Position numbers and translations under genes: made by a program. From Methanotrichaceae archaeon (GTDB taxonomy: Archaea; Halobacteriota; Methanosarcinia; Methanotrichales; Methanotrichaceae): a DNA stretch of 10,210 nucleotides. The notes under the pieces are model-generated. The model did no database searches. It saw only the letters and a program-made list of their open reading frames with translations, and was not told the origin of the DNA. The stretch is from the NCBI GenBank assembly GCA_963803145.1, contig CAWDLW010000046.1, positions 1 to 10,210 of the forward strand, read 5' to 3'. Below, piece by piece: positions 1 to 7,206 of the stretch (its first letter is position 1; the number at the start of each line of letters is the position of its first letter).

Positions 1-1480
1 TATCATGTGAACCTACATAGTTGACTACCTGTGCACCATCACTATAGCCTATCTCATGGCAATCGATCATTCTCCGAATTGTCTGTTCAAATTCAGAATC
101 TTGGGACGCTTTCCTGCCGAGGATGGCGCAGCGAACTCGCTTTTTAAAGTCATCATTCCAGACGCCATCAACCCGATTCTGTTTGATCAGCTCTTTTTCT
201 TCATTGTAATCTAGCACTTCACCAACAACAATGAATCTAGCATCGGCATGCTCAGAATCAATGCCAATTTGTTGGTTACGTGCTCTCCATATATCACGTG
301 AATTATCCTTGAATTCATTTACGAAATCCCAGTTCATGATGGTCTTAATGCTGTCTATACGGATGCCGTCAGCACGATAGAAATTCATCCAATGTGCAAG
401 CTGCACTTTCATATATTGCCGAGCCGGGTATATCGTTCCCCGAGCACCGCTTACTGGGTCATACCCTTCTACTGAATAGTTATATTTGAAAAGCTGGCCA
501 CCATAGTTATCCCGGCTATCTTTTTCAGGATCAATCAAGCTTGGGTCCTTCGTCTCTTTGACATGAAAATCCATGAAATTGATGTTTTCATACGGGCAAC
601 GATTGGCAAATCCCATAGCCATATCTACAATAAAGCGAATCCCTTTTTGGTGGCATGTTGTGATCAGGTTGATAAGATCAGTAGTTGCGGTGGACCAACC
701 ATTACCAAAAGGTGTTCCTAAATCATAATCGGCTGCAAGGTAATTGCTTGTTGCATATCCCCACTGGCGATCTACCCAACTATCAGCAGGCGGAAGCAAC
801 TCCAGTGCATTGATGCCTAAATCTATCAGATGCGCCCTTTCTTCTAGTACTCGAATTCCAGCAAAGTTAACTGGTAAAGCGGTCTCCTCTACTAGGGCTA
901 ATACGTCTCGGAAGGAGCCCACATCGATCTCTTTGCCACCACTCTCTCCAGATCGCGACCACGATGTAGGAAGTTCGTAGATAACGAGCTGGTTATTGGT
1001 TTTAAGATTAGATAGTGTATCAATATCGTTACCCCAATCAGGAACTTCGCCACCGGCATCACAGGCAACAAGCTTGCCCCCTGAAACCATAACAATCCCT
1101 GCTGGATCACGGTCATCATCACTGTATGGATCATCCAGACGAGGAGCCCGCAATCTCCAATCCACTGTCCAGGCAGTCGGATCCGTGCATAGAATATTCT
1201 TATGAGGCTCTTTGTATGGATTGCTGTCAAGCACCTCGAAAAAGTAGTGATAAATCTGACCATTCTCCAGGGTATCAGGGGGAAGGGATTTCAGAGGTAT
1301 AATCCAAATATCAGAATGTTCAGGATGTTGTGAGAAATCAAAAGTGGAAGCCAATACTAATTGGCTCGGGTTTCCTAACTCAAACTTGCCTATTACAAGT
1401 TTTGGTACTGTTGCAGTATTTGATCGCCATAATACAAAACAATTTTCCTTCAAACGTAAAAGATCAGGTATTACATTCAC
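1..1480 (-). CDS. GH13 (alpha-amylase family) glycoside hydrolase/transglycosylase, GlgB/TreZ/pullulanase-like architecture; 3' end outside window
   Basis: Hand-translated stop-free minus frame from position 1510 to the window edge, missed by the ORF track because it has no stop. Motifs: LVIYELP, LGINALELLPP, WGY, GIRFIVDMAMGF (region I, 608-643), DGIRID (region II nucleophile Asp, 353-370), VVGE (acid/base Glu, 218-220), NYVGSHD (region IV, at the edge). N-terminal W..GQIYHYFFEV..DP segment resembles an E-set/CBM48-type domain. Start taken as GTG at 1480 (MNVIPDLLRLKENCFVLWR), 5 nt after SD-like GGAAGTGA; an in-frame TGA at 1511-1513 limits extension. Confidence 0.9.
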   Translation of the reverse strand, partial: MNVIPDLLRLKENCFVLWRSNTATVPKLVIGKFELGNPSQLVLASTFDFSQHPEHSDIWIIPLKSLPPDTLENGQIYHYFFEVLDSNPYKEPHKNILCTDPTAWTVDWRLRAPRLDDPYSDDDRDPAGIVMVSGGKLVACDAGGEVPDWGNDIDTLSNLKTNNQLVIYELPTSWSRSGESGGKEIDVGSFRDVLALVEETALPVNFAGIRVLEERAHLIDLGINALELLPPADSWVDRQWGYATSNYLAADYDLGTPFGNGWSTATTDLINLITTCHQKGIRFIVDMAMGFANRCPYENINFMDFHVKETKDPSLIDPEKDSRDNYGGQLFKYNYSVEGYDPVSGARGTIYPARQYMKVQLAHWMNFYRADGIRIDSIKTIMNWDFVNEFKDNSRDIWRARNQQIGIDSEHADARFIVVGEVLDYNEEKELIKQNRVDGVWNDDFKKRVRCAILGRKASQDSEFEQTIRRMIDCHEIGYSDGAQVVNYVGSHD

Positions 1481-1832
1481 GCTACTCACTTCCGTTAACG
1501 TTAGCGTACATCAACCAATACAACTACCGCATTTAATACAATAACTTATCATGAGCTAACTTCCTTATTCTACTTATTCCTTTGTATTCATGGTACTGAT
1601 GTAAAATAGGGATGTTGTAGCAAATTGTGAACATTTTCCCTATTATTAATTATAGGCATTTTGTCCACTTTTTTATGCCTTTTTATCTTTATGGTGACCT
1701 CAGCTATGCTAAACTACAAAGGCATGAAAAAGAATTTAGTACAATCCCAATTTCGAACCTTAATCAAATGTCCAATTCTGACCGAAGGATTTATGCCTCG
1801 ATGATTATCGTATGATATATAGACAATTGTCG

Positions 1833-1847
1833 GTGAAACTGAGGTTA
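1833..1847 (+). repeat. Left copy of 15-bp target-site duplication GTGAAACTGAGGTTA
   Basis: Identical to 2907-2921 and immediately abuts the TGT of the IS. Confidence 0.95.
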
Positions 1848-2906
1848 TGTAGAGTCCCGAATGTTTTGACTTTATATACTCGGTCTCTACTTTTAGGTTC
1901 TATCTCTAACATTTAATTCAGTCTCCATACGATCGAGAAACATTTTCAGCTTGCACCCTTCTGGTAGCCTGGACCAGAAAGCACTATCTGGCGTCTGAAG
2001 ATACCATTTTGTATCGAGCGATTCATGGAACCTAACAGTGTTATACCAATCCATGAAATTGTCAAAATTATCGAACCTAGACCTGTTCTTTTGGTATGTA
2101 TCATTCCATTTTTCGAATTTGCCATTTGTCTGAGGGTGTTTGACTCTCGCTTTAATATGGACTATTTTATTATCCTTAAGGAAGTTCTCAAATCTGCTAT
2201 CGGCCTCTCCCTTTTTATCTCGTTTATTGGCATAGAACTGAGTTCCATGATCAGTCATTACCTGACTGATTCCCGTCAGCCATCCAAAGTTATCCAGCGC
2301 CTCCTGAAGGAGCATGATACTATTCTCAGTAGTTTCTGCATCGAACTCTCCGCCTGCGAGAATTCGCCGCGAACTATCATCAAGAACTGCACATACCTTT
2401 TTTCCATTGAGCTTACTGGTATGCCAGTCCAGATGTACCAGTGTCAGGCTGTGCTTGCGTTCCCACCTGACCCAAGGTTTTCTACGCTTCGCTTTATTAC
2501 GGTTTACTTTAGCTTGGCCATGATTCAGCAGAACCTTGTGAATTGTGTTGTGAGGGATATGTTTTCCGTACTTGAATTCTATGATCTTTTCAAGACGCCT
2601 TGCCCCCAAATTTTGCTCTTTGTTGGTTTCTAATATCAATCTCTCTGATTCCTCATCAACATCTTTTTTCTTACGTCCAAATTTGTTAATGTTTAGGGGC
2701 ATCTTGGTTTTCATCCAATGCATCCAGACTCGCTTAACGGTTGACTCGCTGACTTTCATCTCAGCAGCGATTCTTTTGGTGCTGATGTTACTGGTTTTAG
2801 CTCGGATTATGTACCGGATCTTTCTTTGTGTTAGCTTTACAACCTTATTCTTCTTTCCCATGCCCCTTTGGTGGGTATATAAAGTCAAAGATTTCGGGAC
2901 TACACA
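1848..2906 (-). mobile_element. Complete IS481-family insertion sequence, 1059 bp
   Basis: Ends are TGT...ACA. Left end TGTAGAGTCCCGAATGTTTTGACTTTATATAC (1848-1879) versus reverse complement of right end TGTGTAGTCCCGAAATCTTTGACTTTATATAC (2875-2906): 27/32 identical. Contains a single DDE transposase ORF and is flanked by a perfect 15-bp direct repeat. Confidence 0.95.
1893..2861 (-). CDS. IS481-family transposase (N-terminal HTH + rve/integrase-core DDE domain), ~322 aa
   Basis: HTH region (ISTKRIAAEMKVSESTVKRVW); LVHLDWH (D1), VLDDSSRRI, VMTDHGTQF (D2), HPQTNGKFEKWN (E), YNTVRFHESL. ATG at 2861 (MGKKNKVVKL) preferred over the track's TTG at 2888, which lies inside the terminal repeat. Confidence 0.95.
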   Translation of the reverse strand: MGKKNKVVKLTQRKIRYIIRAKTSNISTKRIAAEMKVSESTVKRVWMHWMKTKMPLNINKFGRKKKDVDEESERLILETNKEQNLGARRLEKIIEFKYGKHIPHNTIHKVLLNHGQAKVNRNKAKRRKPWVRWERKHSLTLVHLDWHTSKLNGKKVCAVLDDSSRRILAGGEFDAETTENSIMLLQEALDNFGWLTGISQVMTDHGTQFYANKRDKKGEADSRFENFLKDNKIVHIKARVKHPQTNGKFEKWNDTYQKNRSRFDNFDNFMDWYNTVRFHESLDTKWYLQTPDSAFWSRLPEGCKLKMFLDRMETELNVRDRT

Positions 2907-2921
2907 GTGAAACTGAGGTTA
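2907..2921 (+). repeat. Right copy of 15-bp target-site duplication GTGAAACTGAGGTTA
   Basis: Identical to 1833-1847 and immediately follows the terminal ACA. Confidence 0.95.
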
Positions 2922-2930
2922 GAAGACAAT

Positions 2931-3314
2931 ATGGAAAGTATTATTGCTCAACCCAAATGGTATAGCGGGTTTGATGAGCAGCTGAGGGAGCTTGGCAGAG
3001 AAGATCCTGAGGCTTATAGGCAATGGCATGACTGGTATGAGCCAAAGACGAGACGACCTCTATGGCTTAAGCGAAATTCTCTCGAAAGCTTAGATCGGCT
3101 TAAGAAAGTTCTTGATGCAGCCATCATAGAAAGAAGATGGACCTGTGAGCCACTGAGGGAAGGGCCCAATAACACTCTTATCGCCTGTGTAGTTAGGAGA
3201 GATGCGATCCGATATTGCGGCACTGGGAAGTCTGGAGGAGATGCTTTGCTGGATGCTTATCTGTCTGCACTAAAAGGATGTCGAGGGTCTGAGATTTGCC
3301 CGTGGCTGCCCTAG
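2931..3314 (+). CDS. Hypothetical cytoplasmic protein, ~127 aa
   Basis: Open frame with protein-like composition. ATG at 2931 is preceded by GAGGT (2915-2919); the track's GTG at 2907 is the first base of the TSD and is less likely the start. No family confidently recognised. Confidence 0.7.
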   Translation: MESIIAQPKWYSGFDEQLRELGREDPEAYRQWHDWYEPKTRRPLWLKRNSLESLDRLKKVLDAAIIERRWTCEPLREGPNNTLIACVVRRDAIRYCGTGKSGGDALLDAYLSALKGCRGSEICPWLP

Positions 3315-3338
3315 ATATATATATATATATATATATAT
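3315..3338. repeat. (AT)12 dinucleotide microsatellite
   Basis: Perfect ATATAT run of 24 nt starting directly after the TAG at 3312-3314. Confidence 0.9.
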
Positions 3339-3467
3339 TGATGTACTCCTTATATCTCTTTTTGAAGTAAAAAGCCAAATTCACACAAAATCTATGATTC
3401 TCAGATAGGGATTGGATCGCGACCGATGAATGGATATTCGCTCATAGTCGTCTTCAAATATTTTAGA

Positions 3468-3481
3468 GAAAGGTTTATCTA
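3468..3481 (+). promoter_or_regulatory. Putative archaeal BRE + TATA promoter for the Cys-rich protein gene
   Basis: GAAAGG-TTTATCTA: purine-rich BRE-like stretch followed by a TTTA-type box, ~120 nt upstream of ATG 3600. SD-like GAGGGG at 3587-3592. Confidence 0.35.
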
Positions 3482-3599
3482 ATTTTTTTCATATATTCAA
3501 GCAATCTCCTTGCAATTACCACAAAAGATATGAGTAAGTCGATATCTTACCTCCTTAGTTACATAGTGATATCAGATAAATCATCCGAGGGGAAAGAAT

Positions 3600-4349
3600 A
3601 TGAGATTTCAATTTTTAGCGATCATATGTATAACCTGGATAGCAATGAGTTATGGGCCGATATGTTTGGCAGAAGTTGGTGAAAAAACGGATAACGGCAC
3701 CCATAATTTTACTGATGTACCTCAGGAAGTCGTCGTGTGCACTGGATGGCACGCTCTTTGTAGTGCATCCACCAATTGCACAATGCATGGAGACAAGGCT
3801 GACTGCGACTGTATGAGGGTTAATGAAACCCATATTGTTGAAACAAGTGAAATCCAGGATACTGCGATCAAAAACCTGACACAGGCCAAATGCACTAATA
3901 ATCATCCTTGCGATGTAGATCAAGCTCCTGTTTGTAACGCCATCAAGAACGGACAGTATAAAGTGGATAATGTTACGTATAATTGGGTGTCAACTTATTC
4001 TTATCGTGGATGGTGCAGTCTTTTGAAGAAGAATCTAACAGCTTGTGATCAAAACACAACAGGCTATACCGGGGATAGGTATTGGGCTGTCTGTGACGCC
4101 GCTCCATGCACGGAAAACCAGAATCCATCCAATCCGGATATGCCCTTGAGCTGTCAGTGTCGGGTAAAGAATACACCGTTTGTGGGAGTCAACGACAATT
4201 GCACTGGTGACAATGGTGGGATACTATCAAGCTTTCCGCTATGGGCATGGGATTTCCGAAACAACACATACCGGTTTCCTATGCCTGGCTATGAATACGT
4301 ACAGGGTGCATGTGCCGCGCTGAAATCTGATCCATTGCCGCCACGATGA
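3600..4349 (+). CDS. Secreted cysteine-rich protein, 249 aa, function unknown
   Basis: N-terminal signal peptide (MRFQFLAIICITWIAMSYGPICLA), 16 Cys in the mature part, about 10 N-X-S/T sequons, SD-like motif upstream. Confidence 0.88.
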   Translation: MRFQFLAIICITWIAMSYGPICLAEVGEKTDNGTHNFTDVPQEVVVCTGWHALCSASTNCTMHGDKADCDCMRVNETHIVETSEIQDTAIKNLTQAKCTNNHPCDVDQAPVCNAIKNGQYKVDNVTYNWVSTYSYRGWCSLLKKNLTACDQNTTGYTGDRYWAVCDAAPCTENQNPSNPDMPLSCQCRVKNTPFVGVNDNCTGDNGGILSSFPLWAWDFRNNTYRFPMPGYEYVQGACAALKSDPLPPR

Positions 4350-4367
4350 TCTAAGTTCCGACTTAGA
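4350..4367 (+). other. Short stem-loop right after stop codon
   Basis: TCTAAGT-TCCG-ACTTAGA, 7-bp stem with 4-nt loop; no U-tract. Confidence 0.4.
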
Positions 4368-4827
4368 GAAAGGAAGAAACCCGCATATATAACTGGAAAA
4401 TCAATAATTGATAAGGAGTTCATCCCAAACTCTCAGAATATTGACTAACGCGCTTAATTTGGTTCCTTTAACCTTTTTATAGCCATCAACTCCTATGTTT
4501 CCTTTTTGCAACAATGCTCTTTGTATCAATGTAACAGTGAGAGATATCGATTATGCCGATTTTTGAAGGATCTATGGCCGGGGATGTTAATGACCGCTAA
4601 ATATAAAATTACTGATAACCTTCAGACCATACTATTCAAGATTAGCCTGTTGATGCCGATTCTATATTTGCCAATATGTACGGGGTTTGAGGTTCTCTCA
4701 CGATAGTTCTTCGTTTGCTTATAATCTCTCCAATGCATTGCGGGCATAGTATTCTATATACAAAGCCAAAGTTTTTTCTACAATAAATAATAAATAATGA
4801 TCAATTAACTTTATGGAGAAACACAGT

Positions 4828-6309
4828 ATGAAACGATCCATAATACTTGCGTGTGCATTGGCCGTGTTAATAGGAACATGCAATGCACAGAATGCGACAA
4901 CAGGAGATGTGAATGCTTTTAAACAGGCCTTAGAAAAGGATGGATTCACTGTACGAGAGGGCGGATTAGGTTATTTTGATTTTATGAAATTGTATAATAT
5001 GGGAATATTGCCTTCTGCATATGGGAACAACCCATCCACAAAATATCTGGTATATCTTGTTCCTCCTGCATCTGGAAAGGTAACTGGAATAATAGCAAAT
5101 ATAATTAAGGCGCTTGGAGTAACTGCGAATATAACTCCGTTCCCTAATCTTCGCGCAGATGAAGCCCTTGTTTTCGTAGGAAAAACACCGCCAGAATGCA
5201 GATACTTCAGTCTCGATTATTTTTTAATGGAGAGAACATATGGAAATAAGACTCGATGGATCTTCGCCAATCTGGTAGATACAATAAACAACCTAAATAT
5301 CAAGACTGAAGGAACCCCCAATGGGTTGCCTGGGAATCCTTACAATCAAACCACGATAGTAATCACTACAGCCGATAAAGGCATTGATCAACGCATCCAG
5401 GCCGCTGCCCTATCAGCAGGGTATTCGGGCGACATAATAAACACCCAAGTGATTCCTTCAGCTATGTTTAATATGGGTGTAGAGAACAACTCTGATACAT
5501 TTGGCGTATTCATCCGGCCATCTCTATTCGCAGATGAGCGAGCTGGAGATGCTTACATCGCTAATAAACCCGCCAAAGTCTTCCGTATAACTCCCAATGA
5601 ATCCACGAAACTGGACCCGTATAATATGCCAGAGATAAGAGTTCGCGGAACGGGCAAAACAGAGTTTGATCTTATGCCAGATTTAGAACAGCTTAGGGAA
5701 GCGATTCTCAATAAATATGGCAATTTGAATGCCACTGAGCTTCCAACTAGTCAAGGAGTCCCAGTAGGGAGCGATGGAATTCAGAGAGGAATCGATGCCA
5801 TAGGCCCTACCAACGATGCATGCTATCTATGGACATCAAACCGAACTGCCGATTTGCCAACGCCGCCTTTCCCCAATCTCTCGCTATACTATGGTTTCTT
5901 GCAGAATCCACCAGTTACTTTGGGCAATGATCCCAATGAGTTTATAATCGTCTATGGGGTTAACCATGTAGCTACAGGAAAAGCAACATACGAGAACTTC
6001 GTACCGTACGGAGCGGATGCATTTAACGGCGTCGGAATGATCACTGACACGGATTTCAATGGAACCGCCCAGGAATACCTGCCCGATAATCCCAATGCAA
6101 AATACCTCTATGTCTACAAGATCGCCAGGAATTGCAGTGGTGATCAGCATTGCTATAAGCTTCCCTACAATGCAAAAGGTTATGGTATAGATTTGGATCA
6201 GCCGCTTTTTATTGGGTGGAGGCTCTACCTGGAAAGGGCTACACAAACCGGGCCATCTTACTCAGAGATAGTGTATGATCGGGCCATAAAGTTCAGTCCA
6301 AGGAAATAG
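4828..6309 (+). CDS. Secreted protein of unknown function, ~493 aa
   Basis: Long intact ORF. ATG 4828 is preceded by GGAGA (4815-4819) and gives the signal peptide MKRSIILACALAVLIGTCNA|Q; the track's start at 4813 is the alternative. 11 N-X-S/T sequons; no obvious TM anchor. Confidence 0.9.
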   Translation: MKRSIILACALAVLIGTCNAQNATTGDVNAFKQALEKDGFTVREGGLGYFDFMKLYNMGILPSAYGNNPSTKYLVYLVPPASGKVTGIIANIIKALGVTANITPFPNLRADEALVFVGKTPPECRYFSLDYFLMERTYGNKTRWIFANLVDTINNLNIKTEGTPNGLPGNPYNQTTIVITTADKGIDQRIQAAALSAGYSGDIINTQVIPSAMFNMGVENNSDTFGVFIRPSLFADERAGDAYIANKPAKVFRITPNESTKLDPYNMPEIRVRGTGKTEFDLMPDLEQLREAILNKYGNLNATELPTSQGVPVGSDGIQRGIDAIGPTNDACYLWTSNRTADLPTPPFPNLSLYYGFLQNPPVTLGNDPNEFIIVYGVNHVATGKATYENFVPYGADAFNGVGMITDTDFNGTAQEYLPDNPNAKYLYVYKIARNCSGDQHCYKLPYNAKGYGIDLDQPLFIGWRLYLERATQTGPSYSEIVYDRAIKFSPRK

Positions 6310-6318
6310 GGTAAATGG

Positions 6319-6348
6319 AGCTGGGATAACAGGGCAAATCCCAGCTTT
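6319..6348 (+). terminator. Intergenic stem-loop (possible terminator or mRNA processing/stability element)
   Basis: AGCTGGGAT-(10 nt)-ATCCCAGCT perfect 9-bp stem starting 10 nt after the stop, followed by only a short T run. Confidence 0.5.
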
Positions 6349-6406
6349 AACCATATAACCTGTAAAATTAATGCGGAAATTCTAAAAAGTAGAAAGGAGG
6401 ATTAGA

Positions 6407-6856
6407 ATGAGAAAATTTTGGCACTTGATATTGTTGGCTTTTTTGGCCATGGGGATTTGTACAGCACAGGTTCCAAAGGCACAAGTTCCAAACCTAGTTG
6501 GAAACTGGTCTGGTTCTGAAAATGGATATTTTGCATCAAACGGATCATATAAACTGGTAGAAAATCTGAGCGTTAATCTTGCTATCGTTGAACAGAAGGA
6601 TCGCCTCTTTACGGGAAATCTAACATTTCCGTCTGAAAACGGAACAAAAATTACCGAAGACTTATCTGGCGTAATTGGCTTAGATAACAAAACGCTTTAC
6701 ATTGCTGAATTTAAAGACGGATATGACCTAGGGACAATCATTTCCGATAGCAAGATTGAGCTGATATATCTTCAGGAAGGCAAAATGGGAGGGACTTTGC
6801 TTTATGATCTTCACCGGATGACCAATCCTTTCCAAAATGTCAAAGGGATAAGATAA
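6407..6856 (+). CDS. Small secreted protein, 149 aa, predicted beta-rich (VPNLVGNWSG N-terminal motif)
   Basis: Strong SD AGGAGG just upstream; signal peptide MRKFWHLILLAFLAMGICTA; alternating-hydrophobic strands; sequons NWS, NGS, NLS, NLT, NGT. Confidence 0.88.
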   Translation: MRKFWHLILLAFLAMGICTAQVPKAQVPNLVGNWSGSENGYFASNGSYKLVENLSVNLAIVEQKDRLFTGNLTFPSENGTKITEDLSGVIGLDNKTLYIAEFKDGYDLGTIISDSKIELIYLQEGKMGGTLLYDLHRMTNPFQNVKGIR

Positions 6857-6879
6857 TAAAAGTATGTGTAACCTCCAAA

Positions 6880-6897
6880 TTCACCTTTTCATTTTTC
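6880..6897 (+). terminator. Possible archaeal oligo-T terminator
   Basis: Pyrimidine/T-rich tract TTCACCTTTTCATTTTTC about 25-40 nt after the stop of 6407..6856. Confidence 0.35.
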
Positions 6898-7206
6898 GAA
6901 CCTTATGGCCAGAATACAATTTACAAATATGTTCTTCGATCAAATATGCTAAGGATGCGCGATCCAGATTCTATGTTTGATTACTTGTAATCGCCAGGTA
7001 CTATAATCAACTTACTGCCTAAAGATATTGGTTTTAGAGTAATGTTTACGTGCGGGTGATAGATTCTCGCACGTTTTGTTGGCTTAACAATTTATGCCAG
7101 AAGAGCGCATATAACAGTCTGACGTATATGTATTGGGAACAACATTATATGCAATAGGACTCTTCTAACCACAATTGATAAAACGGTTGAAGATCTATCC
7201 AAATAT

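Noticed and set aside
744-1544. Short track ORFs 744..980, 898..1263, 996..1205, 1330..1536, 1344..1544
   Set aside because: All overlap the GH13 gene on the opposite strand or in another frame and have no recognisable motifs.
1627-1815. 62-aa ORF and several short inverted repeats in the AT-rich spacer
   Set aside because: GTG start without RBS and low-complexity composition; short A/T-rich inverted repeats are expected by chance.
2025-2910. Antisense ORFs within the IS (202, 69 and 112 aa)
   Set aside because: Shadow frames of the transposase with no motif support; antisense RNA remains possible but a protein is unsupported.
3219-3236. GTGKS resembling a Walker A motif in the 127-aa protein
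   Set aside because: Lacks the upstream Gly of GxxxxGK[ST], lies near the C-terminus, and there is no Walker B or room for a P-loop fold.
3600-4349. Cys-rich protein as a multiheme cytochrome or ferredoxin
   Set aside because: No CxxCH or CxxCxxCxxxC motifs.
4506-4706. 66-aa intergenic ORF
   Set aside because: TTG start, no RBS, no recognisable features; cannot be supported.
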